IMG/VR virus record: IMGVR_UViG_2858553787_000001
Reading direction: 5' to 3' (one strand)
Source of the DNA: an uncultured virus (IMG/VR IMGVR_UViG_2858553787_000001)
Lineage: Duplodnaviria; Heunggongvirae; Uroviricota; Caudoviricetes
DNA length: 20,000 nucleotides
Under the pieces are notes generated by a model. The model was given only the letters and a program-made list of their open reading frames with translations, had not been told where the DNA came from and did no database searches. Shown here one piece after another: positions 1-7,976 of the stretch; the stretch's first letter is position 1, and every line of letters begins with the position of its first letter. A program made the translations under genes and the position numbers.

Positions 1-590
1 TAGTCGCTTCTATACCTCGTAATGAATCTTCCCAGCCGCTTTCCCTTATCCAGCAGCTTATACTCAGCAAAGAGATCCATTAAGCCGTTGGATGCAGGTG
101 TGCCTGTCAGACCTACTGTTCTTTTTATCTTCGGTCTTAATTTCATCAACCCCTTAAACCTCTTACTGTCTGAATTCTTAAAAGAACTCAGCTCATCCAC
201 CACGAGCATGTCAAAATCCAGAACGGCTCCGCTTTTTTCTACCAGCCATGCCACATTCTCACGGTTTATCACATACACGTCCGCACTTCTCATAAGCGCG
301 ATCTTCCTCTCCTGCTCGGTCCCGACAACCACGCTTACCCTCAAATCCGACAAATGCTCCCACTTTCCGACCTCCGCGATCCACTGATCTCGCGCCACTC
401 TAAGCGGTGCCACCACCAGCACCTTTCTCACCAGAAAGAAGTCATAGACCAAATCGAAAATCGCCGTCAGTGCAATTGCTGTTTTGCCAAGTCCCATATC
501 CAACAATACAGCTGCCTCTTCGTGGGTCTCTATGAAATCCACACAGTACCTCTGGTACTCGTGCATATTCTCCCTCTTTAACTTTTCCAA
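1..590 (-). CDS. SNF2-family (DEAD/DEAH-like) phage helicase, 5' part; runs off the window start
   Basis: Not in the ORF track. Manual minus-strand translation from TTG 590 (or ATG 566) gives MHEYQRYCVDFIETHEEAAVLLDMGLGKT (motif I), VLVVAPLRVA (Ia), MLVVDELSSFKN (II) and VGLTGTPASNGLMDL (III). Follows VRR-NUC, as is typical of this module. Confidence 0.93.
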   Translation of the reverse strand, partial: MEKLKRENMHEYQRYCVDFIETHEEAAVLLDMGLGKTAIALTAIFDLVYDFFLVRKVLVVAPLRVARDQWIAEVGKWEHLSDLRVSVVVGTEQERKIALMRSADVYVINRENVAWLVEKSGAVLDFDMLVVDELSSFKNSDSKRFKGLMKLRPKIKRTVGLTGTPASNGLMDLFAEYKLLDKGKRLGRFITRYRSD

Positions 591-862
591 TCTTCTATCT
601 CCCTCATCAATTCCTGAATTCCCTGTTCGCTGTCCACAACCCGGACACGGAACCCCAATTCCCTTATTTTCCGCATCTGTACCTCCTGCAGCTTCCTTGG
701 CTTCTCGCCCTCTTTCTTCAGCTCCACGAAAATCACCAGACCACCAGGGAGTAAAAGGATGCGGTCTGGCACACCAGAAACAGATGACAAGAACTTAAAA
801 CACATTCCTCTTTGCTTTTCTGTTTCTTTTTTTAATTTCTGTTCAATCTCCCTTTCCCTCAT
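578..862 (-). CDS. VRR-NUC domain nuclease
   Basis: MREREIEQKL...KFLS.VSGVPDRILLLPGGLVIFVELKKEGEKPRKLQ: PD-(D/E)xK VRR-NUC signature. ATG 862 is preceded by AGGAG; the track start at 910 is probably too far upstream. Confidence 0.92.
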   Translation of the reverse strand: MREREIEQKLKKETEKQRGMCFKFLSSVSGVPDRILLLPGGLVIFVELKKEGEKPRKLQEVQMRKIRELGFRVRVVDSEQGIQELMREIEDWKS

Positions 863-1427
863 TTGCTTTTTTCTCCTTTCTCGCCTTCTCAGCCAGAATG
901 AATCCGGCATGATCTGCTGTGACTTCGTCCACTATCTTTTTTCCTTTGTATTCACTCATCTTCCTTCCACCACAGATTACGCAGCCATTATGGAAATAAA
1001 CTTTTTTTCCTCCGCAACTTTTGTACTTCACTCCCCATTCATCCTGTCTCCACTCCCTCTTCAGAAAACTTCTCTTTCTTCCAGCACGGTTTCGCATCTC
1101 CCGATCACGCTCCACTGCTGCCGGAATATTACCCTCCATAATGCCGGCACAGATACAGCCGACATTCACTTCCTCAAAATAGTCCGGATTGCCCATGACG
1201 TGCAGGAATCGGACGCGCTCGCAGCCGCAAAGCTCGCAGGTTGCCAAACCAGCCCCATCATCCCAGTCATCCTCATCTCCCTTTACATCCACTACACTCT
1301 CACAGTACCAGCCTTCCAATGGAGCACCCCACTCTTTTAACTGCTTGGTACAACGATTCTGATAAGTGTCCTCCCGCATTTTTCTCGTTCCTTTCTCTAT
1401 TTTTCGCATTTCTCGTACTTTCGTCAT
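843..1427 (-). CDS. Hypothetical Cys-rich (probable Zn-binding) protein
   Basis: 194-aa ORF in operon orientation with CELCGC..RFLH..VGCICA and CVICG motifs. It overlaps the VRR-NUC start, and the true start may be ATG 1379 (MREDTY). Confidence 0.75.
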   Translation of the reverse strand: MTKVREMRKIEKGTRKMREDTYQNRCTKQLKEWGAPLEGWYCESVVDVKGDEDDWDDGAGLATCELCGCERVRFLHVMGNPDYFEEVNVGCICAGIMEGNIPAAVERDREMRNRAGRKRSFLKREWRQDEWGVKYKSCGGKKVYFHNGCVICGGRKMSEYKGKKIVDEVTADHAGFILAEKARKEKKANEGKGD

Positions 1428-1460
1428 TTTTTATTTCATCTGGAACAGAAACACAACTAC

Positions 1461-1558
1461 AACAACTTTTTCTATATACCCTATATGCGCTTATATGCGT
1501 ATTACACAGGCTTCTATTTTCTCTTTTTACCAAAACACTCTATATAGAAAAAGTTGTT
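1461..1558. repeat. Perfect 18-bp inverted repeat in the AT-rich intergenic region downstream of the primase-helicase gene (candidate origin element)
   Basis: aacaactttttctatata (1461-1478) and tatatagaaaaagttgtt (1541-1558), flanked by ggaacag/ctgttcc. Several tgttcc units lie between 1555 and 1730. Confidence 0.8.
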
Positions 1559-1710
1559 CCTGTTCCATATAGTTGATTACTTTTGACCTAAGCTACCGCC
1601 CTCCCACCCTCTGCTTTTCTTCCGTTTTTTCCTTAATTGCCCTGTTCCGTTGTTCCACTGTTTTTCTTTTCCTGTTTATCTGCCTTGTTCTATTGTTCCT
1701 ATTTATTTTC

Positions 1711-4062
1711 TTATTTTTCCTGTTCCGTTGTTTTCTTGTAGATTCTCTGTTTGCCGTAAATGCCAAAGCGAATGCTCTCCTTTGTCCTCGTCCAGCCGTA
1801 AACCTGTGTCATAAGGGCAGCGATAGCATAGGAATCAGCAGGCTTCATATCAGACAGAGAACGGCCAAAGCATTCACACCAGATTTCGGCATTGCAGACC
1901 ACACTCCGCATTCTCACACCTTTTTCTACCGTCGGGCTGTCTTTCTCGCTGATATAATTTCTTCTCTCATAGAGATCCATCATATCCCAGCGTTCCGGCA
2001 GCAGCATATTCAGATACTGTTCGACCATGCCCTGGCGCTCATCCATTTCCATTGCACTCTTCTGGGCCTCCTGTGCGCTCTCCAATAAATCACCTTCCAA
2101 GTACAGCTTCTCGCCGTCCTCGTAGTATTTCTTGGTTTCCGCCCAGATCTGGTCCTTTTCTTCTTTCGTAAAATGCCACTTACGCTTCTGCTCCGTCTGC
2201 TTCAGCTTAACAACCCAGAAGCGGCGGTTACCCGTAATATCGCGCAGGTATCCTCTCTCGCCGTTGACACTTGCAATCACCACACACTGCCGTGGGTGAG
2301 ATTCGACAGTACGGCCATAAGAAGGGCGATACTTATCATCGGTGGTCGTAATGAATGCTTTCACCTTTTCAATGTCCGCTTTCTTCATGCCGGCCAGCTC
2401 CGGGATCTCCACGATCCAGAATCCCTGCAGTTTCTCCGCGGCAGCCTTATCGTTCATATCCGTCAGGCTCAGGTTGTCGGCGTAGTATTCCTCTCCGCAC
2501 AGATCCTTCAAGAACGTACTTTTTCCAATTCCCTGCTCACCATCCAGTACCGGAACAGAGTCAAACTTCGTGCCGGGATGGTAGATACGGGTGACTGCTG
2601 CCACCAGCATCTTCCGGGTCACCGCACGGACGTATGGGGTATCGTCCGCATCAAAATAATCAATCAACAGGGTATCCACCCGTTCCTTACCGTCCCAAGA
2701 CGGCAGGCCGTCCAAATAATCTCTAACCGGGTGAAAGCTGCGGTCGTCCGCCACCTTCAAAAAACTCACATCGTGATTACGGGTAGAGAATGAAGTATAG
2801 CGGGTATCAAGAATGGCTTTCAGCTGTGCGGTATCTGCATCGCGCCAGAACTTGTTATCGTCCGGGCGGTTCCACGGCACTTTTCCTGTGATCTGGATGC
2901 GGTTTGCCATCTCATTGAACGCAAAATTCTGGAAGTCCGGGTCATTATTAAGGATCAGCACCTCGTTAAAGACACTGTTCTCCAGCACCTTGCTTCTGGG
3001 CATATACCTTAACTTCTCTCTCCAGTCCTCACCGTCATCAAAGTCCATGTCGGCTTCCGCTTTCTTCTCCTCTGCCGCCAGCACCCTGACCTTATCCAGA
3101 CTCATCGCAAAATCGCACATTGCCTGGAAGCTCTTTTTCTCATCTTCGTCCCCAAACTTGTGTACACGCACAAGGTCAAAGGAATTCAAGGAACGACCGC
3201 AGGCAGGGTCGGATGCATGGAAGGAATGTGCGAACTTCTCCTCAAAAATCTGCACACCGGCAGAGGAATCCGCCGGGATATAGGAATAGCGGCCGGGAAT
3301 GTTGGCAGACGGCTCATAGACATTGGAAAGGAAGGTGTCGATGGCTTCACGAATCGGATAAGCACGGCAGAACAGTCCAACCACGCCGCCTTTCGCCTCC
3401 GGGTCTTCCATCTTCTTGCCGCTGCTTTCCTTTACCTCGCTCTCTCTACTGCTGGTCGGAAGTAAAGAACAGTCCTGCCAGTTAGGGTGAAAAGAGAGAA
3501 AAACATCCGGGTCAAGCCATTCGCCCTCCACCTTTTCGCAGATATACTCTCCATTCGATGGCGTAGTCGGCCAGTACATCAGCTGATGCGGACGGTACGA
3601 GCATTCATCAAACTGGTCGATGCCCCATTCGGCTGCGAAGTACCGGGCAATGGCCTGGTATTCATCCGGTGTCACATCACGGGTCAGCGGGATGATGATG
3701 CGGAAACGAGGTGCTTCCGGGGTGTGTCCGTGGGTGGTATAGAGGACAGAGGTATACGAGGCCAGCATCTCATAGCTTTCGATGAAGCCTTTTTCACCCT
3801 TATCCACATCCATCGTCAGCATAGAACGGCTGACCACGTTTTCTCTCTTTCTTCTGCCGCCCTTCAGCTGACCGCCGACAAAGCCGCCCTTATCCTTGGC
3901 AGCTTCACGCTCGGCGCGCTTCATCTTCTGGTATTCCTCGACTGTCTCCGTGGTTCTTATCGTATTTTCCAGCCGGCCGCACAGCTCCCCAAAGGTGATC
4001 GTCTTATTCGACCATTTCTTCGCCATGCAGCTGTTGCCGTAGGCAATATTCAAGTCTCTCAT
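1711..4062 (-). CDS. Virulence-associated E (VapE/VirE) family phage primase-helicase
   Basis: 783 aa. N-terminal primase-like region (GGFVGG, TMDVD, YTTHGH..PRFRIIIPL); C-terminal P-loop GEQGIGKST, WIVEIPEL, YRPSYGR, LRDITGNRRFW. SD GGAGG upstream. Confidence 0.92.
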   Translation of the reverse strand: MRDLNIAYGNSCMAKKWSNKTITFGELCGRLENTIRTTETVEEYQKMKRAEREAAKDKGGFVGGQLKGGRRKRENVVSRSMLTMDVDKGEKGFIESYEMLASYTSVLYTTHGHTPEAPRFRIIIPLTRDVTPDEYQAIARYFAAEWGIDQFDECSYRPHQLMYWPTTPSNGEYICEKVEGEWLDPDVFLSFHPNWQDCSLLPTSSRESEVKESSGKKMEDPEAKGGVVGLFCRAYPIREAIDTFLSNVYEPSANIPGRYSYIPADSSAGVQIFEEKFAHSFHASDPACGRSLNSFDLVRVHKFGDEDEKKSFQAMCDFAMSLDKVRVLAAEEKKAEADMDFDDGEDWREKLRYMPRSKVLENSVFNEVLILNNDPDFQNFAFNEMANRIQITGKVPWNRPDDNKFWRDADTAQLKAILDTRYTSFSTRNHDVSFLKVADDRSFHPVRDYLDGLPSWDGKERVDTLLIDYFDADDTPYVRAVTRKMLVAAVTRIYHPGTKFDSVPVLDGEQGIGKSTFLKDLCGEEYYADNLSLTDMNDKAAAEKLQGFWIVEIPELAGMKKADIEKVKAFITTTDDKYRPSYGRTVESHPRQCVVIASVNGERGYLRDITGNRRFWVVKLKQTEQKRKWHFTKEEKDQIWAETKKYYEDGEKLYLEGDLLESAQEAQKSAMEMDERQGMVEQYLNMLLPERWDMMDLYERRNYISEKDSPTVEKGVRMRSVVCNAEIWCECFGRSLSDMKPADSYAIAALMTQVYGWTRTKESIRFGIYGKQRIYKKTTEQEK

Positions 4063-4092
4063 CGCTTTCCTCCTGCTTTTCTTTCCATTTCC

Positions 4093-4851
4093 TTACTCAC
4101 GCTCCATAACCGGCAAAATCCCGTCTGCCTTCAGAAGTTCATAAATAAACAGCCGGCCTTTCTGCGTCCAGAGCGTATGCATGGCTGTATGGTTATCCTC
4201 GTCATAGAGGTAAGTCCTGCTCTGGGTGTAGCCCTGCTCGGCATACTTCTGATACAAAAACCATGTCCTGCCCTGCTTGAACTGGATCTTCTTTTCCTTC
4301 AAAATCTTATTGAGCTTTTTCGCTGACAACCCGAAATCCTTTGCGATCTGGGTAATGGTAACGAGATCCGGGCAGGCAAGGACGATATCGTAGTAAGAAA
4401 CTTTCGGCTGCATCTCGGCGATCTGCTGTGCCTTGACTGCATTCTCCAGTTCCAGACGTTTTTTCTCCTCGCGCTCCTTCTTCAGCTCCATCAACGCGCT
4501 GATCAAAAGATCCGGGTTATTCAGCACTTCATCCACAGCATACAGACCATGCTTGCGGATGGACGGCAATACGTCATGCGTGACCCAACGCTTGAATTCC
4601 TTTGCCTGCGGTTTACGGCTCGTGAGGATCAGAGAATAAAGCCCGGCTTCATTCACCACTACCATCTGCTGATCTCCGCCAAGGGTCTTAATAGTAGTAA
4701 GACCCTTTTCGTCATCGTCCAGGCGTTCTACTGTTCTGGTGGGATTTCCGAGTTCCAGCACACGGCACACATCCGCTGCAACAAACCACACAGCTTCGTC
4801 CTTGTAATCCGTTCTGACCTGCTGACCCTGATAATCAAAAACTTCAAACAT
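4093..4851 (-). CDS. Phage antirepressor (BRO-N + KilAC/ANT domains)
   Basis: BRO-N: WFVAADVCRVL...VNEAGLYSLILTSRKPQAKEFKRWVTHDVLPSIRKHG. C-terminal ANT: PKVSYYD..ITQIAKDFG..WTQKGRLFIYELLK. Confidence 0.93.
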   Translation of the reverse strand: MFEVFDYQGQQVRTDYKDEAVWFVAADVCRVLELGNPTRTVERLDDDEKGLTTIKTLGGDQQMVVVNEAGLYSLILTSRKPQAKEFKRWVTHDVLPSIRKHGLYAVDEVLNNPDLLISALMELKKEREEKKRLELENAVKAQQIAEMQPKVSYYDIVLACPDLVTITQIAKDFGLSAKKLNKILKEKKIQFKQGRTWFLYQKYAEQGYTQSRTYLYDEDNHTAMHTLWTQKGRLFIYELLKADGILPVMERE

Positions 4852-4860
4852 AATAAAATA

Positions 4861-4921
4861 ACCTCCGAAAATCTATAGAGTAAGGGAGCGTTCCCCTCTA
4901 CCACGCCAGATTTTCGGAGGT
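4861..4921 (-). promoter_or_regulatory. Long hairpin covering the antirepressor Shine-Dalgarno
   Basis: Perfect 14-bp IR acctccgaaaatct (4861-4874) / agattttcggaggt (4908-4921) with inner tagag/ctcta and ggga/tccc pairs. The downstream arm contains the SD GGAGGT. Confidence 0.7.
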
Positions 4922-4932
4922 CTTTTATAACC
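4905..4932 (-). promoter_or_regulatory. Repeated bipartite motif, copy 1 (putative element-specific promoter)
   Basis: Minus strand GGTTATAAAA-GACCTCCG-AAAATCTGGC upstream of the antirepressor gene. Confidence 0.7.
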
Positions 4933-4975
4933 TGTTTCTCTTAAATTTTTTTCTTGTTCCTTTTTCTCTCGTCCC

Positions 4976-7843
4976 TTAATCCTTCATATAAAAATCCGAG
5001 GTAAAGCCATCTGCTCGCAAAACCAGCCCCGGTGTCCAAGGCGGGGTTCGTCCCATCTGCTCACAAATTGCTTCCAGGCTGACCCGTGGGTCTGCTTCGA
5101 TGATCAGCTCGTCATGCACATGCATCACAATGGAACAACAACGGAGTGTGCGCATGGCATAGCAGAGGATGTCCCGGCTGATTGCCTGGATCACGTTCTC
5201 GGTCAGCTTGCCGCCAAAGCTCTCCAGCCTCTCCCACTTCTTTGTACCGCCAACACCTTCATAGGTAATGGAAGTTCCGCCGAACTGGTTTTCTCCCAGT
5301 CTCGGTTTCACATATGCCAGCTTTCTGCCAGAGGGAAGATAAATAAAGAGAAAGCCAGACTGGTAAGTGAACCGCAGGCACTTCACCTGCTGTGGCTCTT
5401 TGGTCTTGATGACATGGATGGCCGCCCTCTCGATCTCACCCCAGAGTCGGACGATATTCGGATTTGCTGACCGCCAGGAATCCACCAGCGGTTTCAGTTC
5501 TTCCTCTTTCATGCCAAGCTCCAGCGCCCCCATCGCTTTCAATGCACCAACGGAGCCGCCATAGCCGCAGTTGTGGACGAGATGTCCCGATACGGTAAAA
5601 CGGTGATGTCGTCCGGCATTTCGTATATCATAAAGTCGAGCCGTGCGCTTATAATTCGCCAGTTCTTCCTTTTCTCGAATACCGCAGTCTGTGCATCCTG
5701 AATGATTTCGTCCCGGTTCATCCCACTGCTCAGTTTCCGGACAACAACATTCTGGCAGTACGGCCAATACTTCTGCTCGAATCTGCCGAGTACCGTTGTC
5801 CTTCGATTTGCAGAATTCTCCTGTCTTGTTACCAGACGAATATTCCCAGGGGCATAGTTGCCGTTGTTGTCTATCCGGTCCAGTTCCATCTCCCGTTTTA
5901 GATGTCCGTACTGCCTGATCAGATAGAGTCCGGCTTCTATCACACTGGGAAACTCGAACTTTATCCCTCTCGCACCGTAATTGGCATACCCTGCATCGTT
6001 TGGATTCTCGCATCTCTGCTTGGCTGCTGCCAGTCTCTTTTCCAGCCAGCTCGGAATGGGACGTTTCTGAGTACAGTTCTGGCACCCTTTCGATTTTCCA
6101 CTGGTCAGATTTGTCCTGAGCTGCCACTGTATCGCACCGCAACCCATGCACTGTGTCAGAACATAGCAGTGATTCTGCTTTTCGTTCCATCGCTTCTCCG
6201 GACTGATAATTTTTACCCAGCCGTAATGCTCTCCCACCATCTCCGGTTTGTACGAGATGCGCGCCGCAGGTGGCGGCGAATCCAAGCTGTACCGGCTCCG
6301 ATTTCCCTTCAACCCAGACGAAATGGTCTGGAGTTGCTGTGAGTCCTTCGTAGGTGATGACTTCCCTTTCTCCTCTGTATATGACACCATCATGGGACAC
6401 CCACTCCTCTCCGTCCCAGACTTTATCTTCCTGTTTTACTTTTTCTATAGGCACCAGACCTCTATCCGTCAGCACCAAACTGCCCTCTGCAATACAGCTT
6501 AACTCGGCCTGTTTTCCTTTTTGTCGCAGCTCACCATTCTCACCATGCTTTACGACCGGCACTCCGAACATACGGGAAGCCGTTGCACAGTAAATGTCGC
6601 CACCGGAAGCAAAGACCTCCATGCGCCATTCTTCCCCTGCGATCCAGGAAAGCACTCTGGCTTCGATGGCGGAAAAGTCTGCCACATAGAACCTCGCGCC
6701 CTCTCTGGGGATGAATGCGGTACGGATGAGCTGGGACAATGTGTCCGGCACATCCTCATACAGCATCTTTACTGCTTCCAGATTTCCCTGCCGTACCAGT
6801 GCCCTCGCCTCTGCCAGATCCGGCAGATGGTTCTGCGGAAGGTTTTGCATCTGAATGAGGCGGCCTGAAAACCTGCCGGTGCGGTTGGCTCCGTAAAACA
6901 TGAACATCCCTCTTGCCCGGCCGTCCGAGCAGGCAGCATTCTTCATGGCCTGATACTTTTTCACACTGCTCTTTGCAAGCTGCTGACGCAGGCGCAACAC
7001 TTCCCGAATCTCCTCCGGCACTTCTTCCATAAGAGCTTTGACCTGCTTCTTTCCAAGACTGTCCGTCTCCACCCCGTTATCAGCAAGCCACCCTGACAGC
7101 TGGGATACCGAGTTCGGATTTTCCAGTGCAGTCAGCTCCTGCATCTTTGTCTTCAGTTCTTCCTTGATCTCGGTGTCCATTGCAATGGCATTCTGTACCA
7201 GCACACCGTCAATCCTTACGCCCCGGTCGTTGATTTCCTGATCGATAGCGTATTCCTCCCATACGGAATCCGGCACAGGGAAACGCTCCAGCTTCTGCTG
7301 GATCTGCATCTCGACCTCAACATCCCGCACATTATACTTTTTGAAGACATCCCACTTATCCGGTGCATCGGACGGAAGATTTCTTGTCCGGCCGCCGTTG
7401 GTCTTGGTTGGCGCACAGGGTACGCAGAAATAACGGATCAGGTCTTTGCCTTCTCCCATCTTCTGCTTATCCAGCCCCAGCACAGCACCGACTCCGGCCA
7501 GTGACAACGGCAGACCCATATATGCCGACCAGACCATCGTACACTTCCATTCCTCTGGGTTCAGATATTCCCCGGTCGGATAGCCCAGATACCGGGACAG
7601 GCAGACACGCTCGAATGAGGCATTGTGTGCCAGCTTCGTTACGCTCTCATCCTCCAGCGCAGCCAGTATCTCCTTTGGCAGCTTCTCTCCGCAGGCCAGA
7701 TCCACGACCCTGACCTCACCGCCGTCACAGGAATAGCCAAACAGCAGGATCTCAAAATCCGGGGATTCTGTGTATTTATAGACACCGCACTTTGCAAGGT
7801 CGGCAGAGGAATACGTTTCTATATCAATGTGTAATTCCTTCAT
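4976..7843 (-). CDS. Phage family A DNA polymerase containing an intein (955-aa precursor, about 646 aa spliced)
   Basis: 3'-5' exonuclease LHIDIETYS and AHNASFER; YGANRTGRFSG; motif A ADFSAIEARV; motif B RQKGKQAELS^CGYGG split by an insertion; motif C IVMHVHDELI. SD AAGGAGGT. Confidence 0.96.
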   Translation of the reverse strand: MKELHIDIETYSSADLAKCGVYKYTESPDFEILLFGYSCDGGEVRVVDLACGEKLPKEILAALEDESVTKLAHNASFERVCLSRYLGYPTGEYLNPEEWKCTMVWSAYMGLPLSLAGVGAVLGLDKQKMGEGKDLIRYFCVPCAPTKTNGGRTRNLPSDAPDKWDVFKKYNVRDVEVEMQIQQKLERFPVPDSVWEEYAIDQEINDRGVRIDGVLVQNAIAMDTEIKEELKTKMQELTALENPNSVSQLSGWLADNGVETDSLGKKQVKALMEEVPEEIREVLRLRQQLAKSSVKKYQAMKNAACSDGRARGMFMFYGANRTGRFSGRLIQMQNLPQNHLPDLAEARALVRQGNLEAVKMLYEDVPDTLSQLIRTAFIPREGARFYVADFSAIEARVLSWIAGEEWRMEVFASGGDIYCATASRMFGVPVVKHGENGELRQKGKQAELSCIAEGSLVLTDRGLVPIEKVKQEDKVWDGEEWVSHDGVIYRGEREVITYEGLTATPDHFVWVEGKSEPVQLGFAATCGAHLVQTGDGGRALRLGKNYQSGEAMERKAESLLCSDTVHGLRCDTVAAQDKSDQWKIERVPELYSETSHSELAGKETGSSQAEMRESKRCRVCQLRCERDKVRVSQCDRSRTLSDQAVRTSKTGDGTGPDRQQRQLCPWEYSSGNKTGEFCKSKDNGTRQIRAEVLAVLPECCCPETEQWDEPGRNHSGCTDCGIREKEELANYKRTARLYDIRNAGRHHRFTVSGHLVHNCGYGGSVGALKAMGALELGMKEEELKPLVDSWRSANPNIVRLWGEIERAAIHVIKTKEPQQVKCLRFTYQSGFLFIYLPSGRKLAYVKPRLGENQFGGTSITYEGVGGTKKWERLESFGGKLTENVIQAISRDILCYAMRTLRCCSIVMHVHDELIIEADPRVSLEAICEQMGRTPPWTPGLVLRADGFTSDFYMKD
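5539..6393 (-). CDS. HNH-type (DRIDN variant) homing endonuclease-like protein encoded in the +1 frame inside the intein
   Basis: 284-aa ORF, same strand as polA, offset 1450 nt (+1 frame). Contains VGEHYGWVKII, CMGCG..SGKSKGCQNC, KQRCENPN..Y.NYGARGI and LDRIDNNGNYAPGNIRLVT..EN.ANRR, typical of phage HNH-like endonucleases. AGGAG lies 10 nt before ATG 6393; alternative starts are TTG 6285 and ATG 6240. Confidence 0.88.
   Translation of the reverse strand: MMVSYTEEKGKSSPTKDSQQLQTISSGLKGNRSRYSLDSPPPAARISYKPEMVGEHYGWVKIISPEKRWNEKQNHCYVLTQCMGCGAIQWQLRTNLTSGKSKGCQNCTQKRPIPSWLEKRLAAAKQRCENPNDAGYANYGARGIKFEFPSVIEAGLYLIRQYGHLKREMELDRIDNNGNYAPGNIRLVTRQENSANRRTTVLGRFEQKYWPYCQNVVVRKLSSGMNRDEIIQDAQTAVFEKRKNWRIISARLDFMIYEMPDDITVLPYRDISSTTAAMAAPLVH
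5570..6496 (-). mobile_element. Class 1 intein (309 aa, precursor residues 450-758) inserted in PolA motif B
   Basis: Block A CIAEGSLVLTDRG (Cys1 at 6496-6494), block B LTATPDH, block F LYDIRNAG..FTVSG, block G LVHN followed by Cys+1. Removing it restores KQAELSCGYGGSVGAL. Confidence 0.95.
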
Positions 7844-7853
7844 GGCTACCTCC

Positions 7854-7976
7854 TTACCCAGTCCGTCTGTGCATCATCCTGCCGATGCTCTTTCGCTGGT
7901 CTGTATACTGTTTTTTGGGTGTCTGCTTGATCTGCTTCTTTTTCTTCTGTTCCTTCTCCTGCTTCTTTTTATACAT
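7854..7976 (-). CDS. Small Lys-rich hypothetical protein (40 aa)
   Basis: MYKKKQEKEQKKKKQIKQTPKK..., preceded by an AGGAG SD. Its start overlaps the DUF932 stop and its stop abuts the polA SD. Confidence 0.5.
   Translation of the reverse strand: MYKKKQEKEQKKKKQIKQTPKKQYTDQRKSIGRMMHRRTG

Noticed and set aside
5539..6393. Reading the HNH ORF as a frameshifted pseudogene or assembly error
   Set aside because: The polA frame is open for all 955 codons with both splice junctions intact, and the +1 frame is also open. An error explanation needs two compensating indels plus a chance absence of stops; only raw reads can exclude it fully.
5570..6496. Group I/II intron interpretation of the polA insertion
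   Set aside because: The insertion is in-frame and bounded by canonical protein-splicing residues, which fits an intein.
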